Position numbers and translations under genes: made by a program. From NCBI RefSeq assembly GCF_001194135.2, contig NC_068987.1, forward strand, positions 81,718,751 through 81,782,750: 64,000 nucleotides of DNA, given 5' to 3'. Source of the stretch: Octopus bimaculoides. Its lineage: Eukaryota. The notes under the pieces are model-generated. The model was not told where the DNA came from and ran no database searches. It saw only the letters and a list, made by a program, of their open reading frames with translations. Shown piece after piece: positions 11,725 to 23,749 of this stretch. The first letter of the stretch is position 1. Each line of letters opens with the position of its first letter.

Positions 11725-11835
11725 TTGGAATGACACACACATACACACATATATAAATATATAAACACAGAGAGGAAGAGAGATGGAGAGGGATATGTAT
11801 GTGTGTGTGTGTGCATATACTATGTATATGTATGC

Positions 11836-11866
<31 letters not shown>

Positions 11867-11970
11867 CATACATACATACATACATACATACGTACATACA
11901 TATATGTATATACGTATGTGTCTGTATGAGTATGTATATATATATGTGTGTGTGTGTATGTGTATGTGCT
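11725..11970. repeat. (CA)/(TA)/(TACA)n compound microsatellite
   Basis: Direct. Confidence 0.9.
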
Positions 11971-12007
11971 TGCACTGTGAAAAAAAAGATTATAAGAAAG
12001 AAATGGA

Positions 12008-12184
12008 TGTAATTTGATTTTTATTAGCAAACACCCCTCAATTAAACATTATGAAGAAGACAGTGATTGTCTGTAAACGAAACAAAGCAATAATATAAAC
12101 AAAACCAGATAATAATGTACAAGCAAAAAAGTTAAAGAGATTTGCCTTATAATATACTCAATGATTTATGGAAATAATATTACA
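12008..12184 (-). repeat. Putative 3' LTR
   Basis: Bounded by TGTAAT...ATTACA; AATAAA near its minus-strand end; similar to 15681-15848. Confidence 0.65.
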
Positions 12185-14989
12185 ATTTCTCTGGTCTAAT
12201 GAACCTCTATACTACTACATCTCTAATAAAACTTTTAGAGTGTGTTACATTACTGCTATAAATATTGGATTTTATTACACTTTCCTGTAAGGTCATTTAG
12301 GTGGTCAGTGGTCAGTACTGTTGTTAATTAGCTAGACTGGGCATTTGTTGGTGTTGTGAGTGTAACAAGAAGTCTAGCCAAGATTCAAACCCCATCTTCT
12401 GGCCAATTGACAAGAAATTTTGACACTTTCACCCAAATATTTTGATATTTACATTTTTCCTTAGGTTAGCAACAGAAAAGTATTTTTGCTAGTTATCTCT
12501 TGATATCACCTCAACCCTTCTTGACCCCACCTCCGTTCCCCCAGCACCACCACCACACTGTCCATAACTCAATGTACCGTAGGTTTAACAGCTGCTGCTT
12601 AACTTCCAACAGAAAAAATGTATCACCCACCTTTTCTATTCCTCTACCCCGTGACTCTCAAACAGGGTCCACATGGCCCTTGGGAGGTAAATATGGTAAT
12701 TTTCTATTCTTCTGTAACTTGTGTTTAGTAGCATGGCTTGAGTACCTATTACAAATGAGAATCAAGAAACAAAATTCTTCCATTCTCTTGATTTCTTGTA
12801 ATTTAGACTGCCTCGTGGTTCCAGCAGACAGAATGGAAAAGGTGTTGCCCTGGTGGGTGGCATGGGAGATGCCACTGGAACAGCCAATCTGATTCACAGG
12901 GCTTTCACTTGCAGATAGCCATCTCTGCCCAGCATGCTAACAGCTCTACCAGCTCACCATTTTGTATTGAAAAAATATTAAGATTTAATCCATGAACAGA
13001 TTGAATAATTAGTACACATCTATTGAACTTCTTCAATACTATATGGAAGATTGCAACTTATATAAAATGCCCAGTTGAGTTATTCCCAAATTCCATAGTT
13101 ATCATAGTTTCAATATCAGAGCAATAGTAATGCCAAAAAATCCCAGATATTGCATCTGCAGTGGCATTTTGTGAACCAGGTTGATGGTGAATGTCAAAAG
13201 AATACCTACATATTTCTATTTGAATTCTGAATTTCATCATTCTTTTAGAGTGTGTAATAGGGCCAAAATTGCACAACTGGCCAGTGTCCCTGTTCAGAGA
13301 TGAGTGTTGTAAACTCATTCACTTATATGCCATGAAAACCAGGATATACTCTGGCTCTCGTGAGTTCTTGGATTCAACAGATTTAATAGTGCCAAAAAAA
13401 AAAGGAAGCAAAGCTCTGTACATAGTTGTAATTGAAAAATATCTTTCTGAGTGACAGAAACATCTTTTGACTACCTCCATTATTGACAGAGCTCCCTTCT
13501 CCACTGCAGAATTATGAGTCTTTGAGTTTGATAATATGCCAGAGAAAAATGTACTGGTGGGTCACCTTGACTGAGGGTTGCACTAATAGCAGATCTTATT
13601 TGAAATATGTTATCTTTGTTGATGTGTGCTGAAACATGTAATGTCAATTCATTCAAAGACTTTTATTTCATCTAATTTAAGGGGAAATAAGTTGCATACT
13701 GTTAAAGAAATAATTATTTTTAAAAAGAATCTGTTATCTCATGTGCATAGTAATTGAAGATATCCACCACTATGTATTTCAGAGATTTCCTATCTGATGA
13801 AGGAGAAACATCCAAAAGGGATTCTACACAAGTTTGATTAGGTCAAAGCTATTTGTAAGAAATTTCAAAACCAAGCATAGATAACTTTCATAATGATTAA
13901 ACTTTTGTTTTCATGATTAAAAGCAAGGTCTTCATTTCTCTAGCAACTTCCTTGAGTGTATTGTCACAAAAGTCACGTTCCCCAGCAACAGTGATGTTAT
14001 CATATCCATGTAAAGAAAATATTGACCATTCTATAGTCATCAATGATTTCTCCAATCACCTACTGAAAATAAGATACATCATTTGTTATACCGAAAGAAA
14101 GCCTACAAAACTGTCAAAGGCTACCCACCCCTTTGAATGGTATATTTGAACGCTCATAATCTAGCTGTGGTATTTGACAGTTTGCTGTCTGGAGATTGAT
14201 TACAGAGAAGTTTTTAAACTTTGACAACTTATTGGCCATTTCATATAACACAGGACAGAGGCTATGTGATGAGAGAGAACAATATATTGATTTATAGTTC
14301 AACTGTAGTCTATAACTAATCTTCCTTTTGACCTTCCTTGGCTATATGTACTTGTGCATGCCATACCAAACAACTTGACTCAATAATTCTGTCATGTTGC
14401 AATCAATTAATTTCTTTTTTTAGTAAACTGTTGCTCTTGGATACCAAATCTTTGGGACCAAGTAGAAATAGGTTTTACTGTGCAACTCAGAAATTCAAAT
14501 ATTGGAACTGATTATATCAATGCCAGTTTTCAAAGGCAACACCAACAACCGATCATGAAATTTCCATTTGACCCATTAAATCTATAAAACATTTTGAACA
14601 TCTTAGAATGAAGTCTCCACCAATAATAATTGATTCCAAGCAGTGGAGAAGGATCTACAATTTGATATTAGAAGAGCTTTTGAATTATAGTATTTGAGCA
14701 CCTTTTACATAATTATACACTTTTTATCTGAAATAGATGCAAATTTTTGTTTATGATTTTCTCATCACTGTAAGACTCTATATTGTAAATCTGTGATGTC
14801 TTTGCATTGACAGTCTTTAACTTGATGTTTTGATATCTCTTGAAAATACTTCAATGTTTCTCCCCTGAGTCTTTGGTATTTTTGAGCAGAAAGATCATTG
14901 CATGGTTGTCCAAAAACATCATTCAGGGTGACAAGAACTTGTTGATAAGTTCTACAACTTTGAATATGAGGGTAATGATCATCAAACAA

Positions 14990-15345
14990 ATATTTGTTGG
15001 CACCCGTGCCAGTGGCATATAAATAGCACCCTTTGAATGTTGGGCTTCATGGTGGTGATGACTAGTGACCGAGACTTTTGGTGATATGCTATGCTTGAGA
15101 TGACTTGTCAAGCCAAGTGAAATCATAGCTGTGGCTGATGTTAGTATCACATAACTGGCACCCATGCCAGTGGCATATAAAATGCACCCATTGCACTCTA
15201 GGAATGGTCAGCATTAGGAAGGGCATCCAGCTGTAGAAACCATACCAAATCAGATTGGAACCTGGTGCAGCTGTCCAGCTTACCAGTTTCAAGCAAACTG
15301 TCTAACCCATGCCATCATGGAAAGCAGAATACTAAATGATGATGA
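14990..15345 (+). mobile_element. RTE-tailed element inserted in Gypsy gag
   Basis: Family 3' UTR and tail; gag motifs lie on both sides. Confidence 0.75.
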
Positions 15346-15680
15346 TGGTGGTGGTGGTGGTGGGACCGACGGTGGTGGTGGTGGTGGTGGGACTGACGGT
15401 GGTGGCAGCGGCGTCTAACTGATGAGTGTTGTAGAGTCTTATGTAAGAAGTTCAGCATCTCAGCCTTCTAAGCTAGAAATTTTCTGAACCTGACATACCA
15501 ATATCAGTTGTAAAACAGAGAGTTATGGATATAATGGCTCTGTGGCCAAGATGAAATACTGGCTCACTCCACTTCAGGAAATTACGAATTATTATGCACC
15601 AGCATTTTACTTCGGATATGCATTCATAAAAGTTTATGTTTTTGTAAACAGTCATAAAACAAATCTGAGACGTGAATAAA

Positions 15681-15848
15681 TCTTATTTGAATTTTATTTT
15701 AAAACTATCATCAGCTAACATTCATAACACAGTGATTGTCTGAAAATGAAACTGAATAATATCAACAAAACAGGATAATATATAAAAACAATAAGCTAAA
15801 GATAGTAATCTTATAATATACTCAGTAAATAATAGAGATTATATTACA
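15681..15848 (-). repeat. Putative 5' LTR
   Basis: Roughly 70% similar by eye to 12008-12184 (shared ACAGTGATTGTCTG, CTTATAATATACTCA, ATATTACA end). Confidence 0.6.
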
Positions 15849-15874
15849 TACACACTTTTATAACTTAGATTCAT

Positions 15875-16085
15875 TTCAGCCATTAGTGGCCCAGGCCATG
15901 ACTAACTCAATAGCACCACCTGGAAAAGTCTTTTAATTAATTATTTTGGGATACCATGGACCACTGAAGCAGAGAATTGTTGTTGGCTGAGACATATCCA
16001 GGTGTAGGTGGTTTATCCGGTATTTCCTGGAGGAAATTGTCCAGGCACCGTTTGAAGGTTGTAGGGGTCTTTTTTAACTTTAATT
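15875..16085 (-). mobile_element. CR1-clade LINE 3' end, same family as 7403-8395
   Basis: GGCCCAGGCCATGACTAACTCAATAGCACCACCTGG shared with 7441-7478. Confidence 0.8.
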
Positions 16086-16260
16086 TCTTATGCTCTTATG
16101 GTTCTGCCAAGCTACCTCACTCACCAGTTTTATGACTTTCAGTATAACAACACTGACATAGCTTCTAGTTACAAATGATGAGGATATTATCAGTTTATAA
16201 TTTCCTGATGTTAGTATTAAAAATAACTTGATCATGTTTTCATTTTTAAATCCATTTTAT

Positions 16261-16424
16261 AGGTGCAGGCACGGGGACGTGGGGTTAAGAAACTTGTTTT
16301 GGAATCATGGATTTTTAAGTTCAATCTCACTGCTCAGCACTTTGGGCATGTGTCTTCTACTTTAGCCACCACCCCACCAACTGACCAATGTCTTGTGAGA
16401 GAAATGTAACTAGCCAGTTTCTCT

Positions 16425-16508
<84 letters not shown>

Positions 16509-16530
16509 TCACACACACACACACACAGGT
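16261..16530 (+). mobile_element. CORE-like SINE 5' half with (CT)n(CA)n
   Basis: tRNA-like head, GCACTTTGGGCATGTGTCTTCTACT. Confidence 0.65.
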
Positions 16531-17012
16531 CTTATAGATCCAAGATTGATAGAATCAACAAAAAAAGTCCTCCATCCAGTGAGAGATAAATATCTATTTA
16601 ATACACATCATGAAAGAGCTACTAATAGTTTCAATGCTTTTATGATAGTTTGAATAGGCAGATTTATAAAACACGACATGCAATCTCCAAACAGTTTTTC
16701 AGGCTTTATTTATGTATTCAATTTATTTTCAAAACCAGGACACTGAACAGTGAAAAACTAAGAAAAAGTGAGAAGAAAAACATGATACCGATGCAAAAAA
16801 ATGGAACAAGAAGAAAGGTATGAAAGTAAGAAAATCAAGGGAGGACAGGGATGACAGCATCCTGGTTTTTAAAATATATCTGATACATAAACAGAACCTG
16901 AAAAATTGCTTGGCGATATTCATGACATATTTTAAAGATATGCCTATTTAAAGTATCATAAAAGCATGAAACTATTTGTAGTTCTTTTGTAAAGTGTATT
17001 AAATTGATATAT

Positions 17013-17423
17013 CTCTTTTACTCCTTTACTTGTTTCAGTCATTTGACTGTGGCCATGCTGGAGCACCGCCTTTAGTCGAGCAAATCGACCCCGGGACTTA
17101 TTCTTTGTAAGCCTAGTACTTATTCTATCGGTCTCTTTTTGCCGAACCGCTAAGTTACGGGGACATAAACACACCAGCATTGGTTGTCAAGTGATACTAG
17201 GGGGACAAACACAAACACACAAACATATACAAACACATACATATATATATATATATATACATATATATGACGGGCTTCTTTCAGTTTCCGTCTACCAAAT
17301 CCACTCACAAGGCTTTGGTCGGCCCGAGGCTATAGGAGAAGACCCTTGCCCAAGGTGCCACGCAGTGGGACTGAACCCGGAACCATGTGGTTGGTAAGCA
17401 TGCTACTTACCACACAGCCACTC
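17013..17423 (-). mobile_element. Near-complete tRNA-headed CORE-like SINE with internal microsatellite
   Basis: Head TGGCTGTGTGGTAAG...GGTTCAGTCCC (Pol III A/B boxes), CCTTGGGCAAG core motif, internal (TA)n, 3' half ending GAAACAAGTAAAGGAGTAAAAGAG. Confidence 0.88.
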
Positions 17424-17654
17424 ACACACACCTAATTATATATTGGTATATCTTTTCTCCTGCCTCAGATGAGATTCTGCTTTATAGAATGGTTTAATTA
17501 TTACAATTATAATCTCCAAAGTATGAATTGAAACAGCCGTTAGAGATCGTGTTTATTTTTGCACTTAATAGATATACTTATTAAATGATGTATCTCCATT
17601 TTCTTATTTTTCTTCAATATATATAAATACATATATATATATATATATATATAT

Positions 17655-17905
17655 ATGGTCAATGCCAGCACCCCTACCCCAACTGGCACCTGTGCTGGTA
17701 GCACATAAAAAGCGCCATCCGAACGTGGCCAATGCCAGTGCTGCTCTCGGAGTGGTTGGCATTAGGTAGAGCATCCAGCTGTAGAAACATTGCCAGATCA
17801 GATTGGGGCCTGGTGAGGCCTCCCGGCTTGCCAGTCCCCAGTCAAACCATCCAACCCATGCCAGCATGGAAAATGAATGCTAAACGATGATGATGATGAT
17901 GATAT
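17655..17905 (+). mobile_element. RTE-tailed SINE copy
   Basis: Family body and (GAT)n tail. Confidence 0.8.
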
Positions 17906-17931
17906 ATGAATGTATGTATAAGTACGATGGA

Positions 17932-18130
17932 CTACCACACAAAAGTCCCACCTATCACATTTAAAGTGAGGACCAGGTACTGCAATAACTTGGGATTCAA
18001 AGGCCTACAACTATTTAACATCAGGCTGAAAAATCTGAGAAATCTATCCAGAGTGGGAGATGTTTTCAAGAAAGAACTTAGCTTCTTGCTGTCCAGGGTC
18101 CTAGATGAACCAACATCATGGAGAGAAACT
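17932..18130 (+). mobile_element. CR1-like LINE ORF C-terminal fragment (second family)
   Basis: VRTRYCNNLGFKGLQLFN..LRNL..VFKKEL..LLSRVLDEPT. Confidence 0.65.
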
Positions 18131-18639
18131 ATATAAAAAGAAAAAGTCAACTGCATCAAACTCCTTCCTTCACCAATCAAAAAAGAATGGCCATTGAAAT
18201 GATGAGAACACCAGTGGTGTCCCAGCATGACCACAGCCTTTGGACTGAAATGAATAAAATTATTACAGAACACACACACACACACACACACACACANNNN
18301 NNNNNNNNNNNNNNNNNNNNNNNNNNNNNNNNNNNNNNNNNNNNNNNNNNNNNNNNNNNNNNNNNNNNNNNNNNNNNNNNNNNNNNNNNNNNNNNNNNNN
18401 NNNNNNNNNNNNNNNNNNNNNNNNNNNNNNNNNNNNNNNNNNNNNNNNNNNNNNNNNNNNNNNNNNNNNNNNNNNNNNNNNNNNNNNNNNNNNNNNNNNN
18501 NNNNNNNNNNNNNNNNNNNNNNNNNNNNNNNNNNNNNNNNNNNNNNNNNNNNNNNNNNNNNNNNNNNNNNNNNNNNNNNNNNNNNNNNNNNNNNNNNNNN
18601 ATATAAAGCACAGTTTATTAGCAGAGTTGTTAAAAAACC

Positions 18640-18654
18640 TGGATACTACTGTAT

Positions 18655-18713
<59 letters not shown>

Positions 18714-18960
18714 GTGTGTGTGTGTTTGTGTGTGTGTTTGTCCCTTCCACTGTTTGACAGTCCATACTGGTTTTGCTTACATCCCTGTAACTTAACAACT
18801 CAACCAAATGAGATCAATAGAACACATACCAGACTTTAAAAAAAAACACACAAAAAAACAAATAAAAAAAACTGTGTTAGTATTGCTTGATTAAACCCTT
18901 CAAGGTGGTGCCCCAGCATGGCCACAGTCCAATAACTGAAACAAGTAAATCATGAAAGAT
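18640..18960 (+). mobile_element. CORE-like SINE 3' half after (GT)n
   Basis: TTTGTCCC...GCCCCAGCATGGCCACAGTC...GAAACAAGTAAA. Confidence 0.7.
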
Positions 18961-20334
18961 AAGATACATAGAGAATATTAACAGATAGAGAATTGAAGTT
19001 CTATTTTTCTTTTTATTTATGGTAATTGAAATAGTTTCAGCCAAGACGAGACAGAGTTGTAAGTTTAAAGCAACAAAGAACTTACTGTCTGCCCCTCCAC
19101 GGTGCTTAGTATACAAGTTGTCATGCTTATAAACCCTAAGTAGTTTTGACATCTTGTAGGGAAAAGCTAAATACATTCCATCTTATATTAAGGATAAGTT
19201 ACATAAATAAAGTCTATAGCAATGAGGAATTGAACTTAATTATAGTTTCGAGCCAATATAACAAAGAGATCATGTTTAAGTATGAGATATAAATAAATTA
19301 AATAGGTTTTGAATGGAACTTGAATAACAGAGCAGAGGAAAAGCTATCTCTATTTCAAAGAGGTATAACAGTGAAACGATACTCTCTGATGCTCTCCATC
19401 ATCTTAAATAAAGTTATGCTTGCTTGATTGTATTAAAACTTTTCTATGAAGAATTGCTGACTTAAATTACAAGAAAATTCCTTGCTTATATAATGTCCAT
19501 AGCTTTTATTATTTACAACTTTTCAAACCTTTATTTGCTTATGAATTTAGCTGTCTGCTTTCAGCTTTAAACTTTTCTTTCAAGATGATGTTAAATAAAC
19601 ATCATACTGAATATAAAATCTCATAGGTTTTANNNNNNNNNNNNNNNNNNNNNNNNNNNNNNNNNNNNNNNNNNNNNNNNNNNNNNNNNNNNNNNNNNNN
19701 NNNNNNNNNNNNNNNNNNNNNNNNNNNNNNNNNNNNNNNNNNNNNNNNNNNNNNNNNNNNNNNNNNNNNNNNNNNNNNNNNNNNNNNNNNNNNNNNNNNN
19801 NNNNNNNNNNNNNNNNNNNNNNNNNNNNNNNNNNNNNNNNNNNNNNNNNNNNNNNNNNNNNNNNNNNNNNNNNNNNNNNNNNNNNNNNNNNNNNNNNNNN
19901 NNNNNNNNNNNNNNNNNNNNNNNNNNNNNNNNNNNNNNNNNNNNNNNNNNNNNNNNNNNNNNNNNNNNNNNNNNNNNNNNNNNNNNNNNNNNNNNNNNNN
20001 NNNNNNNNNNNNNNNNNNNNNNNNNNNNNNNNNNNNNNNNNNNNNNNNNNNNNNNNNNNNNNNNNNNNNNNNNNNNNNNNNNNNNNNNNNNNNNNNNNNN
20101 NNNNNNNNNNNNNNNNNNNNNNNNNNNNNNNNNNNNNNNNNNNNNNNNNNNNNNNNNNNNNNNNNNNNNNNNNNNNNNNNNNNNNNNNNNNNNNNNNNNN
20201 NNNNNNNNNNNNNNNNNNNNNNNNNNNNNNNNNNNNNNNNNNNNNNNNNNNNNNNNNNNNNNNNNNNNNNNNNNNNNNNNNNNNNNNNNNNNNNNNNNNN
20301 NNNNNNNNNNNNNNNNNNNNNNNNNNNNNNNNNN

Positions 20335-20493
20335 TCTTCTGAGTGGCCAAGAGGTTTGCTTCTCCACTATGTTATTTTAGGTTCAGTCCCATTGCATGGC
20401 ACCATAGGCAAGTCTCTTCTGCTTTAGCCTCAGGTCACTTAATGCCTGAGAAGTAAATTTGGTGGACAGAAGCTGTGTGAAAGCCCATCATGC

Positions 20494-20542
<49 letters not shown>

Positions 20543-20546
20543 CCTA

Positions 20547-20589
<43 letters not shown>

Positions 20590-20642
20590 GTCTGTCTGTC
20601 TGTCTATCTGTCTATCTGTGTGTCTGTGTGTCTGTCTGCCTG

Positions 20643-20717
<75 letters not shown>

Positions 20718-20776
20718 GTCTGTCTGTCTGTCTGCCTGTCTATCTGTCTGTCTAACTATCTATCTATCTATCTATA

Positions 20777-20810
<34 letters not shown>

Positions 20811-20859
20811 ACTATCTGCCTGTCTGTCTGTCTATCTATCTACCTATCTATCGACCTTT

Positions 20860-20893
<34 letters not shown>

Positions 20894-21185
20894 GTATATA
20901 TATGCATGTATGTATATATATGTGTGTATATGTGTCTGTCTTTGTGTTTATTCCCTTTCTTTCTTTCTCTCCCAAACGTGCATGCACACACACACACACA
21001 CATACACTGCTTCACTACCAGTGTTCGTTTGTGTATGTCCCCAAAACTTAGTAGTTCAACAAAAAGAACTGATAGAATATGTACCAAACTTAAAATCTAA
21101 GCACTATTGAAGATTTGTTGGACTAAACTCACCAAAGCTGAGCTCCAGCATGGCCACAGTTCCATGACTGAAACAAGTAACAGCA
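20335..21185 (+). mobile_element. CORE-like SINE with ~370-bp internal (TCTA/TCTG)n expansion
   Basis: Head 20335-20485, tetranucleotide array 20492-20850, 3' half 21020-21185. Confidence 0.75.
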
Positions 21186-21404
21186 AAACAGTAATACTAA
21201 ACACAAGTCTTACAAACCAACTGCGGTCATCCTTCAGTCGTCTCACCATGCTTACCAGTCTCACTTGCAGCACTGCTATCATTCACCATGTGGACCATAG
21301 GAACTTATGCTTTTGAGGTTGTAAACTTTAAATTGCTTAAGAGCAAGGCTAGAAATATTTCTTAAATAGAATTAAAAAGTTATGGTTTTGTTGTTATTTA
21401 GTTC

Positions 21405-21631
21405 TTTACTCTTTATTCTTCTTTACTCTTTTACTTGTTTCAATCATTTGACTGTGGCCATGCTGGAGCACCGCCATTAGTCGAGCAAATCAACCTCAGG
21501 ACTCATTCTTTGTAAGCCTAGTACTTGTTCTATCGGTCTCTTTTGCTGAACCGCTAAGTTACAGGGACATAAGCACACCAGCATTGGTTGTCAAGCGATG
21601 TTGGGGGACAAACACAGACACACAAGCATAT

Positions 21632-21672
<41 letters not shown>
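21405..21672 (-). mobile_element. CORE-like SINE 3' half running into a gap
   Basis: High similarity to 17013-17260. Confidence 0.85.
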
Positions 21673-21928
21673 NNNNNNNNNNNNNNNNNNNNNNNNNNNN
21701 NNNNNNNNNNNNNNNNNNNNNNNNNNNNNNNNNNNNNNNNNNNNNNNNNNNNNNNNNNNNNNNNNNNNNNNNNNNNNNNNNNNNNNNNNNNNNNNNNNNN
21801 NNNNNNNNNNNNNNNNNNNNNNNNNNNNNNNNNNNNNNNNNNNNNNNNNNNNNNNNNNNNNNNNNNNNNNNNNNNNNNNNNNNNNNNNNNNNNNNNNNNN
21901 NNNNNNNNNNNNNNNNNNNNNNNNNNAT

Positions 21929-22104
21929 ACTCACTGGTAAAGTTTCCACTCATTTACTTATTTATTTTTCCTAAAATTTTCGATGTGTGTTACAAGCTTT
22001 TCAATAGTCGTTGACTATTGAAAAGGTTACTGAAAAGGTTACAAGATGCAACGAAAATTTTAGGAAAATAAATAAGTAAATGAGTGGAAACTTTACCAGT
22101 GAGT
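21929..22104. repeat. Long inverted repeat (foldback) with inner 13-bp hairpin
   Basis: 21929-21982 is the reverse complement of 22052-22104 except one T; CTTTTCAATAGTC-GTT-GACTATTGAAAAG at 21997-22025. Confidence 0.9.
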
Positions 22105-22973
22105 GTGTTAAATAACAAGGCACTAAAAAGCGAATGACTCTCTCCAGACACAACAAAATATGCTTCAACACACGAACTCACATAAAGAATCTTGCAAACC
22201 AAATCCAAAAACGAAGATTGCTTGGATAGATATGACTCTTTAAACCAAATGACAGGAGCATGCAACAAGATCATTTACTCCAGAATAAACAACTAATAGT
22301 GTTTGTATGAGGGAGCTTCAGGGCAGTTGGTGATGTGTTAGAAATAGCAGCTAACTCACACTTTCTCTGAAATCATTCCTGATTGCCTTAATTAAAAGAA
22401 GGATGTATTGGGTAATTTAGTTTTAGACTTACTGAATTTGACCCCCACCACCACCACCACCACCAGCAAATGGACAAGAGGATTATGGCTGGAATGCCTT
22501 TGGACTTTGGTCTATTCTGGGATAATCTAGAGCTAACCAATGATAACAGCTAATGGTAAAGAAAGCAGAAACAAATAATATGAAACGGCACAGCAAGCTT
22601 TATCTGTTCTCATAATGAATTCTTCGAAATTAATAATAGTGTCTGAGATTATGAAGTGCTTCTAGCAGAAAAGAATTAATGAAAATCAATATAATTTTAA
22701 CATCCATTTTTCCATGTTTACATGGGTCAGATGGGCCTCTGATGCCCTTCTTGTCACCAACCCACATCTGTTTCCAAGTAAGGGAATGTTTCCACTTGGC
22801 TAGACATGTTTTCATGGAAGGTTGGAAATGGGTGACATGGCTTGTATGACAGTGACACTTGTTTATCACCATCCCATAATGTCAAGACAAGGAGACACAA
22901 GCATACACACAAAAACACACATGTGCGCATGCACACACATACACACACATGCAACAGGCGTCTTTCAGTTTCT

Positions 22974-23207
22974 TATTTCTTTATTGCCCACAAGGGGCTA
23001 AACATAGAGGGGACAAACAAGGACAGACAAAGGGATTAAGTCAATTACTTCGACCCTAGTGCGTAACTGGTACTTAATTTATCGACCACAAAAGGATGAA
23101 AAGTAAAGTCGACCTCAGCAGAATTTGAACTCAGAACATAAACACAGATGAAATACTGCTAAGCATTTCGCCTGCCGTGCTAAGGTTCCTGCCAGCTCAC
23201 CGCCTTT
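22974..23207 (-). mobile_element. tRNA-headed Deu/Nin-domain-like SINE with 19-bp TSD
   Basis: Minus strand GGTGAGCTGGCAG...GAGTTCAAATTCTGCTGAGGTCGACTTT...CATCCTTTTGTGGTCGATAAATTAAGTACCAG; TSD CAGGCGTCTTTCAGTTTCT at 22955-73 and 23208-26. Confidence 0.88.
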
Positions 23208-23709
23208 CAGGCGTCTTTCAGTTTCTATCTCCGAAATCCACTCACAAGGCTTATTGAATATATGCATGGAGTGAATTGGTAATCATTAGATCATCAGCTG
23301 AAGTGTCTTGTGACAGTAATTCCATATTCATGGGTCCTAAGTTCAAATAACTCTCAGGTCAACTTTGTGTTCCATCTTTCAGGGGTTGATTAATACAGCA
23401 CCAATCAAGGGTGGTACACTGGCAGAATCACTAGACCTTTGGAACAGAACACTTGCAGTAGTTATTCTTGACTTTTGGCATTCTGATCTCAAATCCTACC
23501 CGCAAACCATCCATGGCCTGCTTGGTTAGAGACTTAACCCATCACTCACTTTAGCCCCTTTAACTTGTCCTTGGATACTTTTTGGAGAGTCCACTGTGTT
23601 GCTGGGTTTGGTCTCCAGTTGGATGAAGATATCCAGAATGATGGACTGAAGGACTCCTTCCAACCAGTCTTGGTGACCCAATGAAGTGTAATACAGACTG
23701 TCTTTCCCT

Positions 23710-23717
23710 CCTGACTA

Positions 23718-23749
<32 letters not shown>

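Larger units (their letters stand above)
12008..15848 (-). mobile_element. Decayed Gypsy/Ty3 LTR retrotransposon (gag-PR-RT-RNaseH-INT) with ~170-bp LTRs
   Basis: Minus-strand motifs in Gypsy order: gag (KCW..RNFL; IQSCRTYQQV), PR (IIIGGDF), RT (RLVIDY, INLQTANCQIP, PFGITN, YDNITVAG), RNaseH (AISATLSQG, MEKGALSIME, YSFDIHHQPGSQNATADAIS), INT zinc finger (NLPYSIEEV); direct repeats at both ends. Confidence 0.8.

Noticed and set aside
12500-12897. Overlapping 130-aa and 79-aa ORFs
   Set aside because: No recognisable motif; lie inside the Gypsy element next to a SINE fragment
15509-15677. Protein-looking plus-strand frame CKTESYGYNGSVAKMKYWLTPLQEITNYYAPAFYFG
   Set aside because: Antisense to the Gypsy gag N-terminus between gag and the 5' LTR; weak splice signals
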